Assembly: GCA_963708295.1 (NCBI GenBank)
Contig: CAVPSJ010000020.1
Span: 83,431 to 147,430, forward strand
Source: an uncultured delta proteobacterium
Lineage (GTDB): Bacteria; Desulfobacterota; BSN033; UBA1163
Length of the DNA: 64,000 nucleotides
Direction: 5' to 3'
A program made the translations under genes and the position numbers. The stretch's first letter is position 1. Each line of letters begins with the position of its first letter. This document shows, in pieces, positions 17,415 to 26,753 of this stretch. The notes beneath the pieces are model-generated. The model was not told the origin of the DNA, ran no database searches, and was given only the letters and a program-made list of their open reading frames with translations.

Positions 17415-18587
17415 GTGAACCTTAAGATTATTCTAATACTCAGCCTCAGCCATCTTATTACTGATTTGACCGGGTCTGCTCTCCCGGCCATGATGCCGTT
17501 TCTCAAGAACGCTCTTCAACTGAGCTATACGGCGGTGGGGGCCGTCATCATGGTTTCGAACATGACATCATCGATTATTCAGCCCTTGTTCGGTTATCTT
17601 TCCGATAAAATGGAGATGAAGTGGTTGCTGCCTGTCTCAGTCATCCTGACTTATATTGGTTTTTCCTTTCTGGGACTGTCTTCCTCGCTACTCGTTTTAT
17701 TCATTCTTGTGATCGTCAATGGATTGGGGATAGCCATCTATCACCCGGAAGGCACGAAGATCATGCATTTTTTTACCGGGTCAAGGGTGGCCACCGGGAT
17801 GTCTTTTTTCCAGGTAGGAGGCAATCTCGGAATGGCGTTGGGCCCCCTTTTCGTCACCTATGCGATCGCATGGGTCGGTCTCTCAGGGACCCTTTCTTAC
17901 CTCCTCCTGGGAATTCCGATGCTCATGATTCTTCTTCTGTTTTCAAAAGAGCTGGCCCTTCCCATGCGGGGTGAAAGGAGTGATTTGCGAGAGAAGAAGG
18001 GAAGTTCCCCTTCGATGGCGGCGAACAAGGGCTGGATCTCCATGTCACTTCTTGTCTTTGCAGTCTCCATCCGTTCCTGGGCGCATATGGGACTGATTAC
18101 TTTTGTGCCTTTTTACTATATTCATGTCCTAAGAGGGGATGCCATCACGGCAGGGAGATTGGTTTTCGTCTTTCTCATGGGAGGAGTGGTGGGCACCCTG
18201 ATCGGCGCGGCCATCGCGGATAGGATCGGACATAAGCTCTATTTTTGTCTCTCCATGATGTTTTCTGTTCCGTTGCTCTTCCTCTTCCTGGAAGTTAGTG
18301 GAATCTGGGTCTTTATCATTCTTTTCCTGGTCGGGTTGCTGTTGATCTCAAGTTTTTCTGTCACGATTGTGATGGGACAAAGAATTCTCAGAAATCGAAT
18401 AGGGATGGCCTCGGGTTTGACAGTGGGTTTCGTTATTGGAATGGGAGGAGTCGGAGCAGGATTGCTTGGAATGGTCGCAGATTCCTGGGGAGTGATGACA
18501 GTCCTAAAGCTCATTGCGTATATGCCAGCGGTTGGGTTTATCCCCGCCCTGTTGATCCCGTACGATTTCAAAACGCCGAAAGGGTAG
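17415..18587 (+). CDS. MFS transporter, Fsr-like
   Basis: SHLITD, QPLFGYLSD, YHPEG, FQVGGNLGMALGP. Confidence 0.9.
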   Translation: MNLKIILILSLSHLITDLTGSALPAMMPFLKNALQLSYTAVGAVIMVSNMTSSIIQPLFGYLSDKMEMKWLLPVSVILTYIGFSFLGLSSSLLVLFILVIVNGLGIAIYHPEGTKIMHFFTGSRVATGMSFFQVGGNLGMALGPLFVTYAIAWVGLSGTLSYLLLGIPMLMILLLFSKELALPMRGERSDLREKKGSSPSMAANKGWISMSLLVFAVSIRSWAHMGLITFVPFYYIHVLRGDAITAGRLVFVFLMGGVVGTLIGAAIADRIGHKLYFCLSMMFSVPLLFLFLEVSGIWVFIILFLVGLLLISSFSVTIVMGQRILRNRIGMASGLTVGFVIGMGGVGAGLLGMVADSWGVMTVLKLIAYMPAVGFIPALLIPYDFKTPKG

Positions 18588-18927
18588 ATTTCTTTGTTTG
18601 CCCATGAACGGGGTAGATCCCCTCTGAGGCTTCCGAAGGCCCACGCTGAAGGCAAACAGGATGAACCTGCCCAAGTCTTGAGGCACGGTTTTCCTTTGCA
18701 ACCCGTGCAGCCAAACGCTAAAAAGGTTGAGCCGATGAAGCCTCCTCAGGGACCCACCCCGTTCGGGCAATCGTCCCGTGGGTTCCGTTCCAAACTTGGT
18801 CATCGCTGTGAGGTCCCGTTGCCTTGGTCCGGATCTTTTTGCTTGACAATCAAGCTTGCAATCTTTTATCCGTAAAGGGAAAATTGGAAAACCGTATTCA
18901 TCGATGTCAAAAGACAGGAGGCATGTT

Positions 18928-19477
18928 ATGGAACTTTATGCGGCCATTGAAAAAAGGAGAACCATTCGTAATTTCAAGGAATGGAGCGACGGAAGAGCAA
19001 TTGCGCAAGATACTCCTTGCAGGCAGTAAAGCACCCTCCGCGGGAAACCGCCAGTCATGGGAGTTCGTTACGATCGACGACCCGAAAATCATCGAACAGA
19101 TTGGAGAGGTCAAGCTTAAGTTGAATAGGAAATTTACTCCGGGGCCGGGTGAAACACAGAAGGATGTCGAGGACCGGGCTCTCGGTCAGAAGAAAGGGTT
19201 TCAGAATTCGACCGTCGTCGCTGTCTGTACGCGGTCGGGGGACGCCGGCACGGGGTGGCTTGCTGTCGAGAACATGTCTCTGGCTGCCGTCGCAGAGGGA
19301 CTGGGCAGTAACATCATCTCTTACTGGGACGAAGGGAAAAAAGAAGTGGAAAAAATTCTCGGTCTTCCCGGAGATTATGAGCTTACGTGCGTCCTGAAGT
19401 TCGGCGTGCCGGGAGCGGAGGCGATGCCACCCAAGAAAAGACCTGAATTTAGCTGGCTCCATAAAAATAAGTTCTGA
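18928..19477 (+). CDS. Nitroreductase family protein (frameshift near 18978)
   Basis: GGAGG + MELYAAIEKRRTIRNFK in one frame, continuing as APSAGNRQSWEF...AVENMSLAA..GLGS in another. Confidence 0.8.
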
Positions 19478-19520
19478 GGCTGTTGAAAAACGCCCCTGCC
19501 TGCCGGCAGGCAGGCATCTG
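19478..19520. mobile_element. Left end of a GGCTGTTGAAAAA-type MITE interrupted by a 20-bp perfect palindrome
   Basis: GGCTGTTGAAAAACGCC[CCTGCCTGCCGGCAGGCAGG]CATCTG, versus the uninterrupted copy at 10406. Confidence 0.65.
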
Positions 19521-19715
19521 CCGCGAACAATGGTTCCCCATACTTAATAGACCCGCGTTCGAAAGCTTTGGAACCCGGCTGCCGCTCCCCTCAACCGGTC
19601 CTTTGCAACACAATTCACGACGGGGGAGGATTAAGGTACGGTGGACGGGGTATGCCCCCTCGCCCCGCCCTCTCCGCAAGGGGAGAGGGAGATCGGAAAC
19701 TGGAGGTCGATCGAG

Positions 19716-20621
19716 ATGCCTCAGCAACTCTATTGTTACTTAAACGGTAAGGTGATGAAGGAGGGCGAGGCCGTCCTTTCCCCCTTTGACAGAGGCTTTC
19801 TATGGGGGGATGGCGTGTATGAGGTCACCCCCTGTTTCAACCGGTGCCTCTACCGTTTGAAGGAGCACCTGGATCGTCTTTACCGCTCCCTTCGCTACGT
19901 TCGAATGGATTTAGGCATGAGTCAGGAGGAGCTGGAGAGACTGACCCTTGACCTGCAGGCGATGAACTCGCCCCATCTCGGTGAAAAGAGTGTCTATCGA
20001 GTCGGGCACTGGGTCACGCGGGGCATGGATACACCGAGTATGGCAGCCCGGGCCGCGGGGCCCCCGACCTTATTCATTTTCTGGCGCCCTGTGGCCCTGG
20101 ATGCCGTCGAACGAAATTTGACAGAAGGGGTCAGGTTGGCGATTGTTCCCACTCGAAGAGTCCCCCCTCCGTGTCTTGAAGCACGGGCGAAGGTGACGAG
20201 CAAGATGAACCAAATCCTGGCAGAACTCGAGGCGGACGCCGTGAACAGTCTCTCTCTCATGCTGGACATCGATGGAAATGTGGCGGAGAATTCGGTCGCC
20301 AATTTCTTCATGGTCAAGAGAGGCGTCCTCTGGACCCCGACTGCCCAGAACGTCCTCGAAGGGATTACTCGAAGTGTCGTCTTCGAGTTGTCGTCGCGGC
20401 TGAAGATATTCTTTGAGGAGCGACACGTCAGTCTTTACGATCTGGCTCAATCCGAGGAATTTTTCATCACCTCCAGCGTGACCTGCGTCACACCCGTTCG
20501 AGAAATAAGCGGAATCCGACCGTCCTCTTCAGTGCCTGGACCCGTGACGAAACGATTGATGAAAGCCTTTGCAGAAGAGACGGGTTTTGACCCATTCGGC
20601 GGCGCCAAGCCTGCCTTTTAA
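19716..20621 (+). CDS. Aminotransferase class IV (BCAT/D-amino-acid aminotransferase-like)
   Basis: DRGFLWGDGVYE, HLDRL, LEGITR, EEFFITSS; GGAGG SD. Confidence 0.88.
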   Translation: MPQQLYCYLNGKVMKEGEAVLSPFDRGFLWGDGVYEVTPCFNRCLYRLKEHLDRLYRSLRYVRMDLGMSQEELERLTLDLQAMNSPHLGEKSVYRVGHWVTRGMDTPSMAARAAGPPTLFIFWRPVALDAVERNLTEGVRLAIVPTRRVPPPCLEARAKVTSKMNQILAELEADAVNSLSLMLDIDGNVAENSVANFFMVKRGVLWTPTAQNVLEGITRSVVFELSSRLKIFFEERHVSLYDLAQSEEFFITSSVTCVTPVREISGIRPSSSVPGPVTKRLMKAFAEETGFDPFGGAKPAF

Positions 20622-20654
20622 GGCGGGGCATCGCCAAGCCTTTCGGCAGGCTCA

Positions 20655-20703
20655 AGGCCCTGAATCTACCGAAGGGCTCACCATCCGGAGTGAAGTCGAG
20701 GGA
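20655..20703. repeat. Dispersed intergenic repeat (CTACCGAAGGGCTC..CATCCxGAGxGAAGTCGAGGGA), copy 1
   Basis: Near-identical copy at ~47236-47280. Confidence 0.7.
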
Positions 20704-20845
20704 CAGGCCGGGAGGTCGAAGGGTTGACTTATTCAAGCCGTGCGGTTCGAAGAAATAAGACGATCCTCCGATAGCGAGAGAGACGGCTCCCCGCGTCCGG
20801 GCGATCAGAGGAGTCGTGGATTCGCACTTCCCGTCAGGGTGCATC

Positions 20846-21595
20846 ATGGATTTTTCAGGCCTATCGATCATTTTCTTTACCAGCATCCTTGGAGCCTCGT
20901 TTGGAACCCTGGTGGGGGGGACCAGTCTCCTCACCATCCCTGTCCTGATCTTCCTGGGTTTGCCCCCGCACACCGCCATCGGCACGGACAGGCTAGGGAT
21001 TGCCGGCTTGACCACCGTCGGATGGTACAAGTTTCATCAAAAAGGCTTGATCAACTATCCCATTTCCCTGTGGATGGGTGTTGCCGCCGTCATCGGCTCC
21101 TTTCTGGGGGCGAGCCTGGTTTTCGAGATTTCCATGGGTCTTTTAAGAAAGATCATCGCCATCGCGACGGTGGGGATTCTCGTCATTGTGATCGCCCAGC
21201 CGGGACTCGGGCTGGGAAAAAAAGGCCGAGTGATCCAGGGACACACCTATGGAACGGGCATTTTCATCACTTTCCTCATCGGGGTCTACGGCGGGTTTTA
21301 TGGCGCTATGGCCGGAACCTTCCTGTTGTATGTCCTGCTCTTCGTCTTTGACCAGACCTTCTTAGAAGGCACGGCGACTCTGAAACTCACCTCCCTCATG
21401 ATGACCACGATGGCAGCAGTAATTTTTGCCGGCAGGGGAGCGGTCGATTATCCCATGGCGGCGGCGATGTTTTTGGGGTGTGCGATTGGCTCGTACATCG
21501 GCGCTCACTATTCCGACCGGATTGGGAACGTCTGGATCAAGAGATTGTTTATTCTCATCGTCCTGATCATGGTCGTCAAATTACTCATCCCGTGA
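20846..21595 (+). CDS. TSUP/TauE-SafE family permease
   Basis: GGTSLLTIPVL..GLPPHTAIGT, GVYGGFYG; multiple TM helices. Confidence 0.88.
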   Translation: MDFSGLSIIFFTSILGASFGTLVGGTSLLTIPVLIFLGLPPHTAIGTDRLGIAGLTTVGWYKFHQKGLINYPISLWMGVAAVIGSFLGASLVFEISMGLLRKIIAIATVGILVIVIAQPGLGLGKKGRVIQGHTYGTGIFITFLIGVYGGFYGAMAGTFLLYVLLFVFDQTFLEGTATLKLTSLMMTTMAAVIFAGRGAVDYPMAAAMFLGCAIGSYIGAHYSDRIGNVWIKRLFILIVLIMVVKLLIP

Positions 21596-21732
21596 TCAAG
21601 AAGATAGGTTTTTCTTACGTTGCCATGACCGGGGTAGATCCCTTCGGAGGCTTCATAAGGCCCGCTCTGAGCGCAATCCGGATGAAACTGGGGAGAGAGA
21701 AAAGTCTGGGAGGACCAACGCTTCGTTTTTCC

Positions 21733-21762
21733 TTGACAGGAAGGGTGGAGAATACTTAGAAT
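21733..21762 (+). promoter_or_regulatory. sigma70-like promoter of the mini-gene
   Basis: TTGACA-N18-TAGAAT. Confidence 0.6.
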
Positions 21763-21788
21763 ATATATAAGAAAAGGAGGTGAGGTCC

Positions 21789-21851
21789 ATGAGATGGATG
21801 TTTCCACATGCAACTCATTGTTCGACCTGCGGTTCCTTGCGTTGGTCCTGA
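21789..21851 (+). CDS. Putative 20-aa small protein MRWMFPHATHCSTCGSLRWS
   Basis: Perfect SD AAAGGAGGTGA upstream, with its own promoter and terminator. Confidence 0.5.
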   Translation: MRWMFPHATHCSTCGSLRWS

Positions 21852-21901
21852 GCAGGACGTTAAACGGCTCATCAGAACGTAAGAAAGACAATTAAGATTT
21901 C

Positions 21902-21938
21902 AAAAGGCCGGCAAATTCCTTCCGGCCTTTTCTTTGTT
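21902..21938 (+). terminator. Intrinsic terminator
   Basis: AAAAGGCCGG-loop-CCGGCCTTTT followed by CTTTGTT. Confidence 0.8.
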
Positions 21939-21972
21939 CAAACGTTTTGGCGGCGAGTGCCCCGCCCGCGGA

Positions 21973-22198
21973 GAGGATGTGTCGTCATAACAAAAACTGG
22001 TTCCAGACAAGACGGAAGAGAGGGTCGGGTGGAAGAGTCTTAGGGCGGCCACATTTTACAACTGAGATTCACATGTCCGTGCCCTTGAGATCACTTCATT
22101 TTCCGCAAGCGACGATTAGCCATTCCTAAAAGACCGCATCCTAAAACTTTGGAACCCGATTGTCTCTTCCGCCATGGCCGCGATGATAACACAGTCTC
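21973..22198. mobile_element. Degenerate second MITE with 7952-type termini and 3-bp target duplication (GGA)
   Basis: GAGGATGTGTCGTCAT ... ATGATAACACAGTCTC, flanked by GGA. Confidence 0.65.
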
Positions 22199-22235
22199 GG
22201 AAACGTAAAGCGGTTGAGGGTTAGAGATTGCACAG

Positions 22236-23429
22236 ATGAAATCACAGGGTGTAGATCCGTCAGCGAAGGCAGAACTATCCTCTTTCCGTTCTCGGATGGT
22301 GCCCCTTCTCTCCCTCACAGGGATTTTCCTGTTGAACTTTCTTTCCAGAATCATTCTGGCCCCTCTGTTGCCTACGGTCGAAAAAGACCTGAACATAGGA
22401 CACGGAGAAGCAGGGTCCCTCTTTCTCATCATTTCACTGGGGTATTGTCCGATGCTTCTGGGATCCGGCTTTGTTTCTTCTCGACTCAATCATAGGAAAA
22501 CCATCATCCTCTCCTCGCTGGCCGTGGGAGCGGCTTTTCTGTTTGTCGGCGTCAGTCGCTCTCTCTGGGGAGTTCGGTTGGGGCTCCTTATTTTGGGGAT
22601 GGCTGCGGGACTTTATCTCCCTTCCGGTATTCTTACCATTATCGGATTGGTGAGGTCTAAAGACTTGGGAAAAGCGATTGCCATTCATGAGCTGGCGCCC
22701 AACCTGGGGTTTCTGATTGCTCCTTTTCTGGCAGAGGTTCTCCTGGGATGGCTTTCCTGGCGGGGGGTCCTGGGTTTCGTCGGAATCGCATCCTTGATCG
22801 GAGGCGGGGTCTTTGCTTTTTGGGGGAAAGGTGGATCCACGTACGGTGAAGCGCCAAATCTCAGAATGATGCGGAGCCTCTTGGTTGACCCTTCCGTCCT
22901 CATTTTAATCGCGCTCTTCTCTTTGGCCCTTGGAATGAGCGCTGGAGTATATTCGATGATGCCCCTGTACCTTGTTTCAGAGAGAGGGATGGATCGGACT
23001 TGGGCCAACGCCTTGCTCGGACTTTCCCGGGTTGCGACTCTGGGTACCGTCCTCGTTTCAGGGTGGATGACCGATCGGCTTGGTGTGGAAAAGAACTTGA
23101 AAGCGGTCTTTCTGGCGGGCGGTTTACTCACTTGCCTGCTCGGGATAGCCCCCGGATCCTGGGTCATCCCGATGGTCTTCGCTCAAGGGGTGCTCTCCAC
23201 CAGCTTTTTCCCTATAGGTTTCGCGGCCCTCTCCAGGATAGGCTCCCCGATTGAAAAAAATCTCGTCCTCTCTCTTACCCTCCCGGTAACCTCTCTCCTG
23301 GGAGGAGCCATCCCGGTTGGAATCGGACTCATGGGGGAAATGGGATTCTTTTCTCTCGGGTTTACTCTTTTGGGAGGACTCGTTCTCGGGGGCCTCCTCC
23401 TCATCCGTTATCTGAAATTGAACGACTAG
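22236..23429 (+). CDS. MFS transporter
   Basis: NFLSRIILAPLLP, GLYLPSG, IHELAPN, GWMTDRLG. Confidence 0.88.
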   Translation: MKSQGVDPSAKAELSSFRSRMVPLLSLTGIFLLNFLSRIILAPLLPTVEKDLNIGHGEAGSLFLIISLGYCPMLLGSGFVSSRLNHRKTIILSSLAVGAAFLFVGVSRSLWGVRLGLLILGMAAGLYLPSGILTIIGLVRSKDLGKAIAIHELAPNLGFLIAPFLAEVLLGWLSWRGVLGFVGIASLIGGGVFAFWGKGGSTYGEAPNLRMMRSLLVDPSVLILIALFSLALGMSAGVYSMMPLYLVSERGMDRTWANALLGLSRVATLGTVLVSGWMTDRLGVEKNLKAVFLAGGLLTCLLGIAPGSWVIPMVFAQGVLSTSFFPIGFAALSRIGSPIEKNLVLSLTLPVTSLLGGAIPVGIGLMGEMGFFSLGFTLLGGLVLGGLLLIRYLKLND

Positions 23430-23672
23430 CTTCGGTCAGCAAGATGACTGGATAGAGGCAAAGAGAGAGCGGTATGCCTCGCGGTTGCCACAGGCACGAT
23501 GTTTCCCAGTCTCAAGAGTTCTTCCAATCGATTCCGGGAGGAGGCGGTAAAAGAGGCCCTGTCCTTTAAAATGTCTTGACAAAAGGGTGACGGCACGATA
23601 ACAGTATAGGGCCAAAGAGAATCGTTCTTCTCGGATACAGCTCGCGCCAAGGTTCAAAACAAGGGGAGTTTT

Positions 23673-25081
23673 ATGCCTTATAGAGATCTGAGGGATTTCT
23701 TAGTTAGATTGGAATCGGAAGGACAGCTGCTGAGGGTTGAGAAAGAAGTCCTTCCAGAACCGGACATAAGTGCTGCAGCCTATGCTGCCGGAGAAATTCC
23801 GAACGGGCCGGCTATTCTTTTTGAAAAAGTAAGAGGCTATGACCAAAAAAGGTGGTGATGAATGTTCATGGGTCCTGGAGGAATTATGCACTGATGCTGG
23901 ATCTTCCCATCGACACTCCTCTACGTCAACTGTTTCATGAACTGGTCAAGAGATCCGACCGCTTCCCCATTCCCCCGAAGGTCGTGGGTCGGGCTCCTTT
24001 GAAGGAAACGATCCTTACAAAGAATATTAATATCTTTGAAATCCTCCCTGCTTTCCGGGTCAATGACTTCGACGGGGGACCGTATCTGTCAAAAGCGGTG
24101 GTGGTCAGTAAAGACCCCGAGGATCCCAAGAACCAGAATCTGGGAATTTATCGGCTTCAAGTGAAGGATAAAGACCGGCTTGGCATTCAGACGTCTCCTC
24201 AACACGATATTGCGGTCAATCTCAGGAGGGCAGAAGAATTGAATCAACCGCTCCCTGTGGCCATTGCCGTGGGAAACGATCCAGTCCTCGCCCTGGCAGC
24301 GGGGATGCCCCTGCAATATGATGAGGATGAGTACGAAATGGCTGGAGCGTTGCGAGGGGAGGCTGTGGAGATCATCCGAGCAGAAACAGTTGATCTGATG
24401 GTGCCTGCTGGCGCTGAAGTCGTGCTGGAAGGTGAGATTGTTCCCAGAAAAAGGACGATCGAAGGACCGTTTGGAGAATATCCCGGCTTTTATTCTCCCA
24501 CGATGAAACAAGCAGAAATAAAAATTAAGGCAATCACTCTAAGGAAAGATCCCATTATCTTTGAAAATTTGTATATTGGGAAACCCTGGAGTGAGCATGA
24601 TTACCTGATTGGCCCCATCACAAGCGTGACCCTCTATCGACAATTGAAAGCGATGGCCCCTGAAGTCGTCTCAGTGAACGCCATGTATTGTCATGGGTAT
24701 GGCACCATTGTGTCAACGAAACTAAGGATGGCCGGTTACGCGAAGATTGTGGCAGCAAAACTTTTGGCGACCCCCCATGGATTAGTCTATCCCAAATTTA
24801 TCGTGATTGTGGACGAGGATATCGATCCCTTCAATTTGAATGAAGTCATGTGGGCCTTGACAACCCGATTCAGACCGGACAGAGATCTCATCCTCATCCC
24901 GAATGCCCCGGGATCGACTTTGGATCCTACGGGCCTCCCGCGAGGCTTGGTGACCCGGATGATATTGGATGCGACGAACCCTGTTCCGCCGGATCTTCCG
25001 CTCGAAGGACTCTCATTACTGACACCCCCGAAGGAAGCGCCTGAATGGGCTGAGTTGCTTAGCCTGTTGATGGGAAAATAA
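23673..25081 (+). CDS. UbiD-family non-oxidative hydroxyarylic acid decarboxylase subunit C (BsdC/VdcC-like; frameshift at A-run ~23850)
   Basis: YRDLRDFL, DGGPYLSKA, NLGIYRLQV, EGPFGEYPG, VDEDIDPFN..VMWAL. Confidence 0.88.
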
Positions 25082-25091
25082 GGAGGCACAT

Positions 25092-25328
25092 GTGTTTTGT
25101 CCGAGATGTGATCAGGATGAAGGAATCAAGTTCTATGAAGCCCCCGTGGACGGATCATGGGAACTGTACCGGTGTCAACATTGTGATTTCGTATGGAGAA
25201 ACACGGAGAAGGAAGAGATTAGAAACAGGAATCTCTATCCTCTTGAATTTAAACTGAATGAGGATCGGATGACTAAGATGACCGTGAAACCGATGATCCC
25301 ACCCCTACGGAAACCAGGGAAACCCTAA
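25092..25328 (+). CDS. Hydroxyarylic acid decarboxylase subunit D (BsdD/VdcD-like)
   Basis: CPRC..PVDGSWELYRCQHCDFVWRNTE, directly after subunit C, with AGGAGG SD. Confidence 0.85.
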   Translation: MFCPRCDQDEGIKFYEAPVDGSWELYRCQHCDFVWRNTEKEEIRNRNLYPLEFKLNEDRMTKMTVKPMIPPLRKPGKP

Positions 25329-25371
25329 CCCCTTATGAAGAATCTCATAGGAGTAACGACTTTGATTTATA

Positions 25372-25511
25372 AAATCCCTCCTCCCTCCCTTTGCCTGCCT
25401 TCGGCAAGTGAAAAGCGTCCCCTCAGGGAGGAATTACCCCTCTTTGCAAAAGAGGGGCGACCTGCCTGCGCGAAGCCCCGCCCTGCGGGGCGAAGGCAGG
25501 GGGGAGATTTT
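25372..25511. repeat. Composite REP-like palindrome with nested insertions
   Basis: AAATCCCTCC..CCTCCCT/AGGGAGG..CCCCTCTTT/AAAGAGGGG..GGAGATTT with an inserted CCTGCC...GGCAGG hairpin. Confidence 0.65.
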
Positions 25512-25657
25512 CCAACGGTTATGTCGGTTCTATTTCGAGACCATGAATAGAAATCTCATTTCCGATCTGAAAAACCACGATCAAAAATACCTTCTCCGGC
25601 TGAGCAGGTCGCCTCAGTCCGCCAATTCATTCTTTTAACCTGTTTGATTCCTCTTCG

Positions 25658-26632
25658 TCATTTGCTTAAACCCAATTTTAAAGCGAGCCCACGGGCAGTC
25701 TCGTAATCGCTCATCATGCTCTTCTTAAGTTCCTCAGGAGATCTATAATCCACAATCAGTCCGAGTTTCTCAATTTTTTGGACCAATTCAGGGATCCTTG
25801 TGGTTTTCTCAATAGCCGGGATGAGAGTCTTCTTCGCCTCCTCGGATACTCCGACAGGAGCAAACCATCCAAACCACGCCGAAAGGAGATTCTGGCTGTA
25901 TCCCACATCCGTAATCATTGGAACATTTGGATAGTCGCGCATCTTACTCGTGAGGAGGAGCATTCTTAATTTGCCTGCGTTCACATGGGGAGCTGCCAGA
26001 CTGTTGACAATGACGGTCGCATCCACATGGCCGCCCAACAAAGCGGTTGTCGTCGCAGCGGTTCCTTTGAACGGAATGACGGTGAACTGGGCTCCCGTCC
26101 ATGCCTTGATCAGCTCCAGGTTAAAGTGATCGATCGTCCCCTGGCCGTGAATTCCAAAACGGACGCTTCCCGGGTTTTTCTTCGCATAGTCAATCATCTC
26201 GTTAAAGGTTTTCCAGGGAGCGTCTGCTCGGACGGTAACGGTCAGTGTTAAGAGGCAGTGTAACCCTAAAGGGTCGAGATCCTTGGCGGGATCATAGGGT
26301 ACGGTTTCAGGATTAGAGGCCCTTGCATAGACAACCGCTGAAGTGTTTGCATAGAGAATCGTGTAACCGTCCTTCTTGCTCTTTACCACAAAATCTGTCC
26401 CCAAGGTAGAGGATGCACCGGGTTTATTCAAAACGACTACCGGTCCTTTCAGTGTCTTGCTCAGCTCTTCGGAAAAGGCCCTCGCGGCCATGTCTCCCGC
26501 TGATCCGGGGTCGTTGGGGACAACGACCTGGATGGGATGATTGGGATAGGGCTGGGCTTGAGGCGTTGTCGCTCCGATGCTTAAGCCGTAGACCACCAAA
26601 CATACACCGAAAATGGAGATGAAATACTTCAT
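25658..26632 (-). CDS. Tripartite tricarboxylate transporter substrate-binding protein (Bug/TctC)
   Basis: YPNHPIQVVVP, NKPGAS, DGYTIL, PFKGTA..ALLGGHVD. Confidence 0.9.
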   Translation of the reverse strand: MKYFISIFGVCLVVYGLSIGATTPQAQPYPNHPIQVVVPNDPGSAGDMAARAFSEELSKTLKGPVVVLNKPGASSTLGTDFVVKSKKDGYTILYANTSAVVYARASNPETVPYDPAKDLDPLGLHCLLTLTVTVRADAPWKTFNEMIDYAKKNPGSVRFGIHGQGTIDHFNLELIKAWTGAQFTVIPFKGTAATTTALLGGHVDATVIVNSLAAPHVNAGKLRMLLLTSKMRDYPNVPMITDVGYSQNLLSAWFGWFAPVGVSEEAKKTLIPAIEKTTRIPELVQKIEKLGLIVDYRSPEELKKSMMSDYETARGLALKLGLSK

Positions 26633-26753
26633 GGCTTCCTCCTCTGAAATAATTTTGGTTTGAAGATCTCAGCAAGAATGGCTCACTTCGCAGAAAAGTC
26701 TTGAGAAAATCTCCCTTCCCCTGAGAGGAAGGGAGACTTTGTGTTGCAATTTT

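Noticed and set aside
21849-21885. Selenocysteine read-through of the mini-ORF UGA
   Set aside because: The downstream hairpin lacks a G-containing apical loop at typical SECIS spacing, and read-through adds only four residues.
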